DNA from: Victivallales bacterium
GTDB lineage: Bacteria; Verrucomicrobiota; Lentisphaeria; Victivallales; GWF2-38-69
Direction: 5' to 3'
DNA: 64,000 nucleotides
Assembly (NCBI GenBank): GCA_963678745.2
Contig: CAXXMS010000004.1
Location: forward strand, 16,089-80,088
Position 1 is the first letter of the stretch. Each line of letters begins with the position of its first letter. The notes beneath the pieces were generated by a model. That model made no database searches. It saw only the letters and a list, made by a program, of their open reading frames with translations, and was not told where the DNA came from. Position numbers and translations under genes: made by a program. Below, piece after piece: positions 50,770 to 61,072 of this stretch.

Positions 50770-51747
50770 TTATAATAATTTGAAGCCGGGTAAATCCTGG
50801 CTATCAACAATACCACAAACTTTATTATCATTATCAATAACAACAATATCATCAACATGTTTCTGTTCAATCAATTTTAAAACTTCTACAGCCATTTGTT
50901 CACAATTAACCGAAATAGGATTTTTAACCATAAAGTTTTTTACAGGATAATTTAAAATTGATAAATCCGAAGCATTACGTCTAAAATCACCATCAGTAAA
51001 AATACCTAACAGTAAGTCATCTTTATTAACAACAATTGCGCATCCGCTTCTTCCCTTTGTCATAGCCAAAATTGTTTCTTTAACTGTTGTATCCTCTGTT
51101 ACTTTAACAAGTCTATGGCTTTCACTCGCTCTCATAATATCAGCAACTTTCAAAGTAACAGATCTGCCTATAGCTCCACCTGGATGTAATCTTCCATAGT
51201 CTTCCATTGTAAACCCTCTGATATCCAATAATACCATTGCCAAAGCATCTCCTATTACTAATAAAGCAGTTGTTGATGTTGTAGGAGCAAGATTAAAAGG
51301 ACATGCTTCTTTTCCTATAGGCATTGGAATAACAATATCAGCCCATCTGGCAAGCTTAGAATTCGGATTACCGGTAATAGCAGCAATTGGAATAGCCAGA
51401 CGCTTTGCTGAAGGTAAAATTGGGAGAAGTTCATCTGTTTCTCCACTATAACTAAGAGCAAGTAATATATCGTTTCTATGCAAAATCCCCAAATCTCCAT
51501 GCATAGCTTCTACTGGATGCAAAAAAATAGAAGTAGAACCTGTACTTGCAAGAGTAGCAGCCATTTTATAACCTATATGACCACTTTTCCCTATTCCACT
51601 AATAACTATTTTTCCGCCCTTATTTAATGATTCTTCGCAGGCTTTAACTAACTGTTCAAATCCACTCCCGAGCTGTTCTCGTATTTTAAGAATCCCTTCT
51701 ACTTCTAAATCAATAACACTTTTAGCTTTTTCAAGCACATAACTCAT
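50770..51747 (-). CDS. kpsF: KpsF/GutQ-family arabinose-5-phosphate isomerase (SIS + tandem CBS)
   Basis: GKIVISGIGKSGHIGYKMAATLASTGSTSIFLHPVEAMHGDLG (SIS domain) followed by two CBS modules. Confidence 0.85.
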   Translation of the reverse strand: MSYVLEKAKSVIDLEVEGILKIREQLGSGFEQLVKACEESLNKGGKIVISGIGKSGHIGYKMAATLASTGSTSIFLHPVEAMHGDLGILHRNDILLALSYSGETDELLPILPSAKRLAIPIAAITGNPNSKLARWADIVIPMPIGKEACPFNLAPTTSTTALLVIGDALAMVLLDIRGFTMEDYGRLHPGGAIGRSVTLKVADIMRASESHRLVKVTEDTTVKETILAMTKGRSGCAIVVNKDDLLLGIFTDGDFRRNASDLSILNYPVKNFMVKNPISVNCEQMAVEVLKLIEQKHVDDIVVIDNDNKVCGIVDSQDLPGFKLL

Positions 51748-51986
51748 ACTGAACCCAACTTTCCCACTATAATTGAAATTTTTCTAAGACAGAATAACTT
51801 TGAAATATACAATCTAAGAAACAACGTTTTTAAGCCTTAAAATTAAAGGCACCATTGTTATGTTTTATAAATATAAATATATTAAATATAAAAACAAAAG
51901 TTTTTTGAAGATAAAAAACTAAACATATAGAATATTATATCACATTATAACAAAAAAAGCAGTAGCTTTGAAAGGAATCAACCGGC

Positions 51987-52718
51987 ATGAAAGCTTTGTT
52001 AAAAGGCCGTTTTCTTGAAGATATCAAACCTTTACTTGAAAAGAAAGGTATTGAGCTGGTTCCTGAAACAACCCAAAACCCTGATATAATTATCACACAT
52101 GGAGGAGATGGTTCATTATTGGGACTTGAAAGGATGTATCCCGGAATACCGAAGCTTCCTATTAGAGATACAAGAACTTCGTCCCTATGCCCTAAACATT
52201 CTCATGAAAAAATAATAGACGATCTGATAAACGGCAAGCTAAAAAAATTTGAATTAATGAAGCTTCATGGCAAAACAGCGCAAAACAGTATTTTAGGAAT
52301 GAATGATATTTTCATACATAATTCAAACAAAGTAAGTGCAATCAGGTATAAAGTCTGGATAGATGATAAACTTTATTTAAAAGAAGTAGCAAGTGACTGT
52401 GTCGGTATAGCAACAGCACATGGCAGTACTGCATATTACAGAAGTATTACAAGATGTATTTTTAAAGCAGGGATAGGTTTAGCATTTAGTAATTCAAGAG
52501 AGCATGTTGATCATATAGTCCTACCTGAAGACTCAATAATAAAAATACAGTTATTAAGAGGGCCTGCTTTTATTGTAACAGATAATGATCCCAAAACTAT
52601 TAGTTTCAATACAGATGATATATTAACTATCTCAAAATCTCCGGCAAAAGCAAAGATTTATGGACTGGAAACTTTTATGTGTCGCGAATGCCGTAAACTA
52701 AGACATATAAAAATTTAA
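51987..52718 (+). CDS. nadK: NAD kinase (short form)
   Basis: DIIITHGGDGSLLG (GGDG motif), NDIFIHN and GIATAHGSTAYYRS (G-S-T-A-Y motif), in 243 aa. Confidence 0.65.
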   Translation: MKALLKGRFLEDIKPLLEKKGIELVPETTQNPDIIITHGGDGSLLGLERMYPGIPKLPIRDTRTSSLCPKHSHEKIIDDLINGKLKKFELMKLHGKTAQNSILGMNDIFIHNSNKVSAIRYKVWIDDKLYLKEVASDCVGIATAHGSTAYYRSITRCIFKAGIGLAFSNSREHVDHIVLPEDSIIKIQLLRGPAFIVTDNDPKTISFNTDDILTISKSPAKAKIYGLETFMCRECRKLRHIKI

Positions 52719-52755
52719 AACTGAACTTGCCAAATCTTTTCATTTTAAGCTAACA

Positions 52756-54063
52756 ATGAATCATTATAAAGAAAAATTAGACAGACTTTTTAATCTGCAG
52801 TTTGTAGGTATAAAAATGGGTCTTGAACAAATCAAACTGCTGCTTGCAAGGCTTGGGAATCCCGAGAAAACACTAAAATTTATCCACATTGCAGGTACAA
52901 ACGGTAAAGGTTCTGTATGTTCAACTTTAGCAACTGCGTTAAAAGGAAATAATTTTAAGGTTGGATTTTACAGTTCCCCTCACTTAGTATCAATTAGAGA
53001 AAGGTTCAGAATTAATGGAAAAGGAATATCAGAAGAAGAATTAATTGAATTAATTGATTATATCTGGCCTACCGTAGAAACAATGTATTCTGAAAATATA
53101 AAACTTACTTTTTTTGAAGTAACTGTTTCTATTGCAATTCTTTATTTCGCAAAGCATAAGTGTGATTTAGTTTTATGGGAAACCGGCTTAGGCGGCAGAT
53201 TGGACAGTACAAACACAGTAATTCCTATTGTTACAGCAATCACAGGAATAGGCATAGACCATGAAAATTTTTTAGGCAACACAGAAGAAGAAATAGCAGG
53301 AGAAAAAGCCGGTATAATCAAAGAGAACATACCAGTTTTCATCGGTAAAATGTCAAATAGAGCCAAAACAGTTATCGAAGAAATAGCTAATAAAAAAAAT
53401 GCCCCCATTTACAATGTAGATGAAAATATCCTTACGTTTGAAGAGATTTCTAATAATGAAAATTTAGGCGGATGGCAATTTCATGAAACTAACTCTGACC
53501 TAAAAGAAAACTTCTTATTACCATTATCAGGAGCGGCACAACCGGATAATATGAAGCTGTCATACAGTATCTTAAAATATTTAGCAGACAAATATCATTT
53601 TAATTTGAACTCAGCTTTAAGAAATATTAAATACTTAAAATGGTATGGCCGAGTTCAATTATTAGCCGATGGAAAAATACTTGATGGTGCTCACAACCCG
53701 CAAGGCATAAAATCCTTAGTAAAAACATTAAAAAATTCATATGGCAAACAAAAATTCACAGTAATTTTCGGGTGTTTAAAAGATAAAAATCCCGCTGAAG
53801 CAATTAAAATACTTTCAGGCATTACATCAAAGTTTGTTTTTATTCCAATTAATTCGCCAAGACCATGTTTAGACCCTCTGACTATTGCAAAAATAGCTGG
53901 AGAAATAGATAAAAACATTAAGCTTTCAACAGCAAAATCATTTAAAGAAGCATTAAGTTTATGTGCAAAAGAGAAACAAAACACACTAATAACCGGTTCT
54001 CTTTACCTTGCAGGAGAAGCACTTCTTGAGTATTATAATAAAGAAGAAATCATTAATATTTAA
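52756..54063 (+). CDS. folC: bifunctional folylpolyglutamate synthase/dihydrofolate synthase
   Basis: IHIAGTNGKGSVCS P-loop, SPHLVSIRERF, LWETGLGGRLDSTN, DGAHNPQG and a Mur-ligase C-terminal domain. Confidence 0.9.
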   Translation: MNHYKEKLDRLFNLQFVGIKMGLEQIKLLLARLGNPEKTLKFIHIAGTNGKGSVCSTLATALKGNNFKVGFYSSPHLVSIRERFRINGKGISEEELIELIDYIWPTVETMYSENIKLTFFEVTVSIAILYFAKHKCDLVLWETGLGGRLDSTNTVIPIVTAITGIGIDHENFLGNTEEEIAGEKAGIIKENIPVFIGKMSNRAKTVIEEIANKKNAPIYNVDENILTFEEISNNENLGGWQFHETNSDLKENFLLPLSGAAQPDNMKLSYSILKYLADKYHFNLNSALRNIKYLKWYGRVQLLADGKILDGAHNPQGIKSLVKTLKNSYGKQKFTVIFGCLKDKNPAEAIKILSGITSKFVFIPINSPRPCLDPLTIAKIAGEIDKNIKLSTAKSFKEALSLCAKEKQNTLITGSLYLAGEALLEYYNKEEIINI

Positions 54064-54083
54064 TTTATAGAGGAAAACTAGCT

Positions 54084-54662
54084 ATGAATAGTAATTATAA
54101 AAAACAGAATTATTCCAGATTGTCATATTATTTTTTAACCTATTTTATTGCATTCTTATCTATTTTCTTTTTAGCCTCTTTTTCATTAGTAGCAGAACCA
54201 CCTACTTCTTCGAGCGATACTGGAATAAAAACTACACCTACAGAGACAGCTGATTCAATTAAAAAGGACTTGAAGAATACACCATCTGTAAAAGTAACAG
54301 ATACAGAAGCTAAAAAAGCCTCTGATACAGCTAAAAATGTAGAAGAAAAAACGAATGAAGATTTAGCTAAAAAGGAAGCCGAATTTTTAAAACAAATAAA
54401 AGAACTTGAAAATCAAAGACGTAAATTATCCTTTGAGATTTATCAACTCAGAGTAAAACTTATTAAAGAAGATCCTGAGCTACAGTCTCTTCAAAGATCA
54501 ATTATGGACATGCACAGAAAAATGGCTTCTAAACTAAATGAAAAAAACAGTATCAAAGTTCTTTTGGACAAAGCCACACAAATTGACTCTCAGATAGTCG
54601 AAACAATTAATAAAAACAAAAATCTAGACTCTAAAGAAAAAAATAATAATGAGTCAAAATAA
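54084..54662 (+). CDS. hypothetical membrane-anchored coiled-coil protein
   Basis: N-terminal TM segment, a Ser/Thr/Lys-rich linker and a heptad-like region (EAEFLKQIKELENQRRKLSFEIYQLRVKLIKE). Confidence 0.5.
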   Translation: MNSNYKKQNYSRLSYYFLTYFIAFLSIFFLASFSLVAEPPTSSSDTGIKTTPTETADSIKKDLKNTPSVKVTDTEAKKASDTAKNVEEKTNEDLAKKEAEFLKQIKELENQRRKLSFEIYQLRVKLIKEDPELQSLQRSIMDMHRKMASKLNEKNSIKVLLDKATQIDSQIVETINKNKNLDSKEKNNNESK

Positions 54663-54972
54663 CTTCATGAAAAGAATATTGCTTTTATAAAATTTTTTGT
54701 TAAAACACCTTTTGAAAGCATATTGTTTTTTTATTGATATATTCTATAATTAGATTTAACAGAAAAGTATTATTTTTTACAATCTGCTCGGCAAATTTTA
54801 CACTTGCTTGCATATAACATCAAGTAAAAGTTTTTAGAAAATTTAAGCAATTATTTGAGCTAGATTGCTACAAAAAATCAATACATAAAAATACCTTCGG
54901 TATAAAAAACCTTATATCAAAATTTTAATTATTTTAAATAAATATTTAATTACAAAAAGTAAAGGACCATCC

Positions 54973-55365
54973 ATGAAACTATGGTTAATAGCTATTTCTA
55001 TATTATTGTTAACATTTACCGCTTATGCTGAAGATGCCAAAGAAGCAGAAGTTCAAAGCGAAAACGTGGCACAGGAGAGAATAGATGTTCCACATGCATT
55101 ATTAAGAGGCGTAACGAACTTAGGAACATTTTGGCTTGAAATTCCAAGAGAAATAGTTGTTGAAGAAAACTATAATCCTGTATATGGTGTAGTTGTGGGC
55201 GCAGTAAAAGGAACATATTATGCAGGAAAAAGACTTGTATTTAGCGTTTTCGATATAGCTTTATTAGGCTTTACCGGACCAAGCGGGTACAGCACTGAAT
55301 TTCCAGAATATGTCTGGGATGCTCAATGGAATCCATGGCCTAAAAAAGAAGAAGAACCTGAATAA
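54973..55365 (+). CDS. small secreted protein, possibly exosortase-system-associated (TIGR04073-like)
   Basis: Signal peptide, then LLRGVTNLGTFWLEIPRE...G...G...G..R...G..D. This resembles what I recall of TIGR04073, but it is unverified. Confidence 0.45.
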   Translation: MKLWLIAISILLLTFTAYAEDAKEAEVQSENVAQERIDVPHALLRGVTNLGTFWLEIPREIVVEENYNPVYGVVVGAVKGTYYAGKRLVFSVFDIALLGFTGPSGYSTEFPEYVWDAQWNPWPKKEEEPE

Positions 55366-55378
55366 ACACCCATATTTA

Positions 55379-56873
55379 ATTTTTTTACTTTTATCAATAG
55401 CAGTTTTTTTAAACTATACATTCCTTATTTTTGAGAGTTAAAAAATTACCCGGCACACTGAAAAATGATATCTCTAATATAATTTATCAGTGACTTGCCT
55501 TTTGAAGAGCAAATATCCATAAAATTAAAACTCTCATAATATTCGTTTTTAATTTTTCTTCTTATATCAGCAAAAGCATATGAATTTGCTCTTGCAGTTT
55601 TAAATTTTCTAACAGGAGCCTTCTCCTGTTTTATAGTGTATATCCATGCTGCGGTCATGGCAATGCAGCACAGATCAAAATGATTTTCTACAGAATTCCT
55701 TTTTCTTGCCTGATTATCCAGAGCACCGAGTTCATGTTTAAGTTCTTTAAAACCGCTTTCTATTTTCCATCTTGCAGAATAATATTCTATCATCTGCTGA
55801 GCCGTCAGGCTGCAGTCGGTAGATACAATTGGAAAGAACCATCCGTTTTTATAGTGAACAAGAACAACTTTAACTTTGGTTTTAAATCCTTTGTGCATAC
55901 ATAAAAATTCTGAATATTCACATTTTCTGCTTTTGCCGTAAATGAAGAAATAATCTTCTTTTTTATCAAGAGTCGCTGCCAGCTTCGATAACTTTGGTAA
56001 TCGAATACCGTAAATTTTCTTTCTCCCTCTTTTTTTTGCTTTACTTTCAGGCGGAAAATCATAGAGAGCTGAATCAATTCTTAAACGAGTAAGGATATGC
56101 ATTGATTCTTTATAGGAGTTTAAAACTTTTGTCAATGACTTATTACCAAACCAACTGTCAGTAACTACCAGCATAGGAATAGAAAACTGTTCATACAGCT
56201 CATTAATCAGTTCTCCGGCAATCTCTATCTTAGTTTTAAATTCTTTTTTATCTACAGATTTTTTAAGCCGGTAAACTTTTTGTTTTACGGGCAGACATGC
56301 CCAGCGTCCATGGATAAACTTTTGTATCCCGAGAACAACACGGCAATGTCCAAAAAGATATTTAGAGCTGTTCAGTTTAGCCGCATGATCGTAATGAGTA
56401 TCGCAGTTTGCAATTTTCTTTCCTGTCTTTCCATATGTTGTATCATCAAGAGCTACAAGAAGTCTGCCGGATGTTTGGATATCATCACCAAGTATTGTAA
56501 AAAGTTTTTTCCATACTAAAGCAAGTTTAAGTTTTCCTGACTGCAGAAAACCGTAATATTTTTTTCTCGATATCTTATTAGACAGCATCATTATTGCAAA
56601 CAGACGATAAATTGCTGAAATACATTTACTGCCTTCGCTGATAATCAAACCGGTTATAATGGTTTTAAAAATAATTCTTCTGTCTTTTCTCGGAATTACT
56701 GTTGCAACTTCATCTATTAATGTGCTAAATTTACAATTACTGAACATGTTGTATTACTCCTTTTTTTTAATTTTGATAATAGAGTAATATAGCATGTTCA
56801 GCCACCTGACTGCAATTTGTAAGCTTTTTACAATAAACATGTTATGTCTTAAAACTTGACAAAAGTAAACAAA
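55379..56873 (-). mobile_element. IS4-superfamily (IS701-like) insertion sequence, apparently intact
   Basis: Terminal IRs are TTTTTTTACTTTTATCAA (55379) and the reverse complement of CTTGACAAAAGTAAACAAA (56855-56873), around a single transposase ORF. It starts 14 nt after the stop of the preceding gene. Confidence 0.7.
55446..56747 (-). CDS. DDE transposase (IS4 superfamily, IS701-like)
   Basis: 433 aa with LVALDDTTYGKTGKKI, VVTDSWFGNKSL and YSARWKIESGFKELKHELG. Confidence 0.8.
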   Translation of the reverse strand: MFSNCKFSTLIDEVATVIPRKDRRIIFKTIITGLIISEGSKCISAIYRLFAIMMLSNKISRKKYYGFLQSGKLKLALVWKKLFTILGDDIQTSGRLLVALDDTTYGKTGKKIANCDTHYDHAAKLNSSKYLFGHCRVVLGIQKFIHGRWACLPVKQKVYRLKKSVDKKEFKTKIEIAGELINELYEQFSIPMLVVTDSWFGNKSLTKVLNSYKESMHILTRLRIDSALYDFPPESKAKKRGRKKIYGIRLPKLSKLAATLDKKEDYFFIYGKSRKCEYSEFLCMHKGFKTKVKVVLVHYKNGWFFPIVSTDCSLTAQQMIEYYSARWKIESGFKELKHELGALDNQARKRNSVENHFDLCCIAMTAAWIYTIKQEKAPVRKFKTARANSYAFADIRRKIKNEYYESFNFMDICSSKGKSLINYIRDIIFQCAG

Positions 56874-57586
56874 GCTCACTGAATAGTACTGCCAAAGACC
56901 TCAAAAAAATCATCTTTTCTCTTTCGAGGGGCTTAAAACAACTGAAAACGCTGATACTGGGCATCTCACAAAAAAGATGAGAAAAAATTTTTCAAAAATC
57001 ACCATTGCTATAGATTTAAAAAAATTGCATTTTTTTTAATTCTAAAGTTTTCTGATGATGATTAACAGAAGTATAGTGGATCTGAGAAAATCAAGTTTTC
57101 AAAGAACACCCCAAAAAAAACGGGGAAACTTTAGTTTTTAAAAAAACTGCTATTTTTTTTGATTTTTACTTTATAGACATACAAAAAAATAATATTAATA
57201 CTATAATTATTAATAACATAGAGAAGATAGAGAATTTTACCTCCCCCAAACTTAAATAAAGTATTTTGCTAACAAAGTGTATTTATTCCGTTACGGGCGT
57301 ATACACGGTTAGTTTTTTAAGCTTTACAGAAAAGGCATCTCAAGATAAATTTATTTGTCTTGAAAAATTAAAAACTTAATCAAAGGATGCCCTAATGATA
57401 ACCTGAATTATGCTTAAAGATTCAACAGACAATTTGCTGTAATAGATTTTTTTCTAAACGTATAGAAGGTTTTTTAATTTTATAAATAAAGAAAGAAAAG
57501 AAGGACTTGAATTAACGTGAGGTACTCGCAACGATTTGGTTTTCGAGATTTTATATTTCCCTTCTAACCTAAAATCTTAATTGAAA

Positions 57587-60030
57587 TTCAGGACTCCTGA
57601 TCTGGATAAATCGTCACAAGAGCGTGTATTCATTCTAAACCCTATATAATAAATGAGTTATAAAAAATCTACTGCAAAATAGTTTTAGAGCTTTGAGGAA
57701 AATAAGAAAGACACCTTAATTATATATTTCACGATAAAATATAAACAAGAAAGAGTCTTTCTTATGCAGGAACTATTACCTATATTACCTGAAGGTGCAA
57801 GTCAAATATCTCAAAATCTATCAGTTATTCAGGAGAATGATAAATGGACATACTTTCATAGTTATCTTCCTGTTTTTATACATAAAGCAGACGATAAGAA
57901 CTCTTTCCGAATGATAAGTTCTGCATTAATAGCCTCCGGCACCTGCCGTAATGTTGATATTCAAAGGACCTTTAAAGTTTCTCCCCGAAGCGTAATTCGT
58001 AATTGCAAAAAATATAATGAACTTGGCAGTGATGGTTTTATTAATATCAGTGGAAAAGGAAAACGCAAAGGAAAGGTGCTGACAGAGGCAAAGATAAAAA
58101 AGGCTGAAGAGTTATTATCGCTTGGTTTTACCCGCAGAGAAACAGCCGGAAAAATAGGAGTTGGTTATTCCGCACTATCTAAAGCAGTTCAGGATGGACG
58201 TATAAACTATGTTATATCTTCTGAAGATAGTATTTCAGATAAATCAGAACGCAGTGCTGCAGATACTAATGTAGCGGAAATATTTGGTGTAGCATGCACC
58301 AATGTTTTAGATCGGACGTTGTGTGCATTTGGTCTTAACGGGATTACGGGAAGTACTTTTCAACGCTGTAATGATGTATCAAATGCGGGTGTACTTGCTG
58401 CCTTGCCTGCACTTGCAGCTAATGGACTTTATTATCACAGCGAAGAGTGTTTCGGAGAATTTAAAGGATACTATTCTGTTCTTCATGTATTAACACTTTT
58501 AGGATTCATGGCTCTCTGCCGAATAAAGACAGTAGAGAAACTTCGCTGGGAATCTCCCGGTGAATTTGGTAAACTTATCGGCTTAGACCGCATTCCTGAA
58601 GTAAAATGCCTGCGGAATAAACTTTCAGAGTTAAGCAGTAACGGAGCTTCAGAAAAATGGAGTGAAATTTTATGCAGAAAATGGATGGATGAAGAGCCTG
58701 ATTTATCAGGAGTACTTTATATTGACGGTCATGTAAGATTATACGGAGGAAAAGAAAAATTACCAAAGCAGTTTGTTTCCAGACAGAAACTCTGCCTCAA
58801 GGGAGTGATGGATTTCTGGGTAAACGACAAGCTTGGGCAGCCATTTTTTGTTATTCGAAAAGAAATAAATCCCGGAATGCTGGAAGTTTTAAGAAATGAT
58901 ATTGTTCCGCGTTTACTTGATGATGTTCCAAACCAGCCTACAAAAGAAATGCTTGAAGCTGATCCGTATCTGTACAGGTTTATTCTCGTCTTTGACAGAG
59001 AAGGATACAGCCCTGAATTTTTCAAGGATATGTGGGCAAAGCACAGGATTGCCTGTATCACATATCACAAATATCCCAAAGAGGACTGGGATAAATCTGA
59101 ATTCGAAGAAATTACAGTTGATTTAATCAGCGGAGAAAAAACTAATATGAAGCTTGCAGATCGCGGAACTTATATCGGAGATAAAAAGAAGGGATTATGG
59201 GTGCATGAAATAAGAAAACTTACAAAAAGCAATCACCAGACAAGTATAATAACAACTGCATTTTCGCTGCCCATTATGCTTACTGCAGTACTTATGTTTG
59301 CAAGATGGTGTCAGGAAAACTTCTTTAACTACATGATGAAACACTTTGCTATTGATTTACTTAGCGATTATTTAAAGAAGGACCTTGATGTCACCGAAAC
59401 GATAGTTTCTCCTCAGTGGAGAGCCCTTGATAAAAAAAGAAATTCTCTTACAGGAAAACTCAAAACCCGAAAAAGCAGATTCGCTGATTTCACGATTCAT
59501 CCAAAAGCTGAAAACGATTTAAAGAAATACAGAGAATGGGAAAAAGTAAAGACTGAATTAGCTGAAGAAATTATAGTAATTGAAAATGAGCTTGAGATAA
59601 AAAAAGAAGAGCAGAAAAATACACCGAAGCATATAAATGTGGAGGATTTGCCCGATGAGTATTCATTCAAAGCTCTGTCATCAAGCAAAAAACATTTAGT
59701 TGATACTGTTAGAATGATCGCATACAGGGCAGAAACTTCCATGGCTGCTGCAATTGCAGATAAATTCAAATCATTTGAGCAGGCAAGAGCTTTGCTGAGA
59801 GAAGTGTTTGTTACTGAAGCAGATTTAATTCCTGTAGAGGAAGAAAAAACTCTATATGTAAGAATTCATAACCTTCCAACAATTGCAATGGATAAAAATA
59901 TGGACTGCCTGCTGGATATCATAAACCAGGCAAATGTGAAGTTTCCTGGAACTAATATGCTGTTAAGGTATCAAAGGCTTGGAACAGGAAAATCATGCCA
60001 TCAGTAAGTGTTCCAAGTCAAGATCCCTGA
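57587..60030 (+). mobile_element. 2.4-kb unclassified IS, copy 2 (intact)
   Basis: Borders are defined by where identity with copy 1 starts and stops. The imperfect IRs are TCAGGACTCCTGATCTGGA and the reverse complement of TCCAAGTCAAGATCCCTGA. It has a single long ORF. Confidence 0.85.
57764..60007 (+). CDS. putative transposase, 747 aa, family not recognised
   Basis: HTH-like segments lie in the first 150 aa (RNVDIQRTFKVSPRSVIRNCKKY; FTRRETAGKIGVGYSALSKAV). Candidate DDE residues lie in LYIDGHVRLY, LVFDREGY and ARWCQENFFNYM. It is bounded by IRs and present in two copies. Confidence 0.7.
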   Translation: MQELLPILPEGASQISQNLSVIQENDKWTYFHSYLPVFIHKADDKNSFRMISSALIASGTCRNVDIQRTFKVSPRSVIRNCKKYNELGSDGFINISGKGKRKGKVLTEAKIKKAEELLSLGFTRRETAGKIGVGYSALSKAVQDGRINYVISSEDSISDKSERSAADTNVAEIFGVACTNVLDRTLCAFGLNGITGSTFQRCNDVSNAGVLAALPALAANGLYYHSEECFGEFKGYYSVLHVLTLLGFMALCRIKTVEKLRWESPGEFGKLIGLDRIPEVKCLRNKLSELSSNGASEKWSEILCRKWMDEEPDLSGVLYIDGHVRLYGGKEKLPKQFVSRQKLCLKGVMDFWVNDKLGQPFFVIRKEINPGMLEVLRNDIVPRLLDDVPNQPTKEMLEADPYLYRFILVFDREGYSPEFFKDMWAKHRIACITYHKYPKEDWDKSEFEEITVDLISGEKTNMKLADRGTYIGDKKKGLWVHEIRKLTKSNHQTSIITTAFSLPIMLTAVLMFARWCQENFFNYMMKHFAIDLLSDYLKKDLDVTETIVSPQWRALDKKRNSLTGKLKTRKSRFADFTIHPKAENDLKKYREWEKVKTELAEEIIVIENELEIKKEEQKNTPKHINVEDLPDEYSFKALSSSKKHLVDTVRMIAYRAETSMAAAIADKFKSFEQARALLREVFVTEADLIPVEEEKTLYVRIHNLPTIAMDKNMDCLLDIINQANVKFPGTNMLLRYQRLGTGKSCHQ

Positions 60031-60827
60031 CCTTCGAAATATGTATTGGTTAAATCATAAAGCAGAACTGTTCTCTCAAGATTGAAATATTTTCTTTCCT
60101 TGTATATAAGATGTTTTTTTATTTGATCCTTAAACTTAAAAAGTTTGTCACTTACCCTATAGTAGGAATCATCTCCTCCCTGCAGTATTTCAGAGCCGAG
60201 AAGTTCGGGAAGCGAAGTTGTTGAAATCCACTGGGCAAGTGCATGTTCGCTTAAAGGTTTTACCAGCCGGTTGATTACTGAAACAGCAGCACAGGCACAC
60301 TGTTTAGGATTAAATCCCAAAGTTTTAAGAAATTTTTCTATTTCAAGTTCATTCCAGGCATGTAAGGCTACAAGTTCTGCACCGAGTTCAGTATCATTAC
60401 AATGATCTATATTCTCGATTTCAACCCCATCTACAATTTCAGGTTTTTCTACATCTTCTTCTGTTTGAATGTTTGATTCTGCATTATCAGTATCTTTATT
60501 CTCTGTTTGTTTTACATTCGGCTTCCAGCCCCCCTTCAAATCAATAAGGCGCAAAATTCTGTCAATCCAGCTTTGTTCGGCTTGGGTATATTCAAATTCA
60601 AAAAGAGTATCGGTTTCATAATAGGTGTTATAAAGTTTGTGTTCTACCGCTTTAGCTATCGGTTTCCAGGATTTATCAGGTATTCTTGCTCTGCCCAGAG
60701 ATATTACTGTTCTGCTTCGACTGTGACCGAGGCTGTTGCGATAGGCTTCGATGAGCTGAAGTACTTCACCGCTTGGAGTTTTCTTAACCCTGAAATACAT
60801 TTTTACCTTTCTTTTATCTGCCGGCAA
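60031..60827 (-). pseudogene. IS1634-family transposase, N-terminal ~265 codons
   Basis: ORF-track entry 60018..60827. VKKTPSGEVLQLIEAYRNSLGHSRSRTVISLGR...RTVLLYDLTNTYFEG is the typical IS1634-family N-terminus. The last 4 codons (QGS*) are read-through into the IS end. Confidence 0.85.
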
Positions 60828-61072
60828 ATGCCGTAAAGTTTATGAATTTTTAAGAATATTTCTACACTGGTAAAATTACAGGAACTAATAAAAATACAAG
60901 AGGATTTATTAAAATAGTTTATTATTATAGGCACGACAAAATTGCCTTAAAAACTCCAAAATATTCACATCTATCTAATTGTTAAATTGTTACATTGATT
61001 TTACAATTTCTCGATTTGAAAATCTTCGAGTTCAATGACAAAAATGTTACATTTTTGTATGCGAAAGATGGG
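60031..61072 (-). mobile_element. IS1634-like element, N-terminal half (partner half at 26802-28065)
   Basis: Ends exactly at the right end of IS copy 2. See the inversion finding. The outer coordinate is approximate. Confidence 0.7.

Noticed and set aside
56874-57586. A 0.7-kb AT-rich non-coding stretch between the IS701-like element and IS copy 2. I examined it as a possible location of the missing istA N-terminus (expected if the inversion partner site lay in the IS21) or of an RNA gene
   Set aside because: There is no open frame on either strand, no IstA-like translation and only short weak hairpins (e.g. TCATCTTTT/AAAAGATGA around 56910-56975). Nothing supports a feature call.
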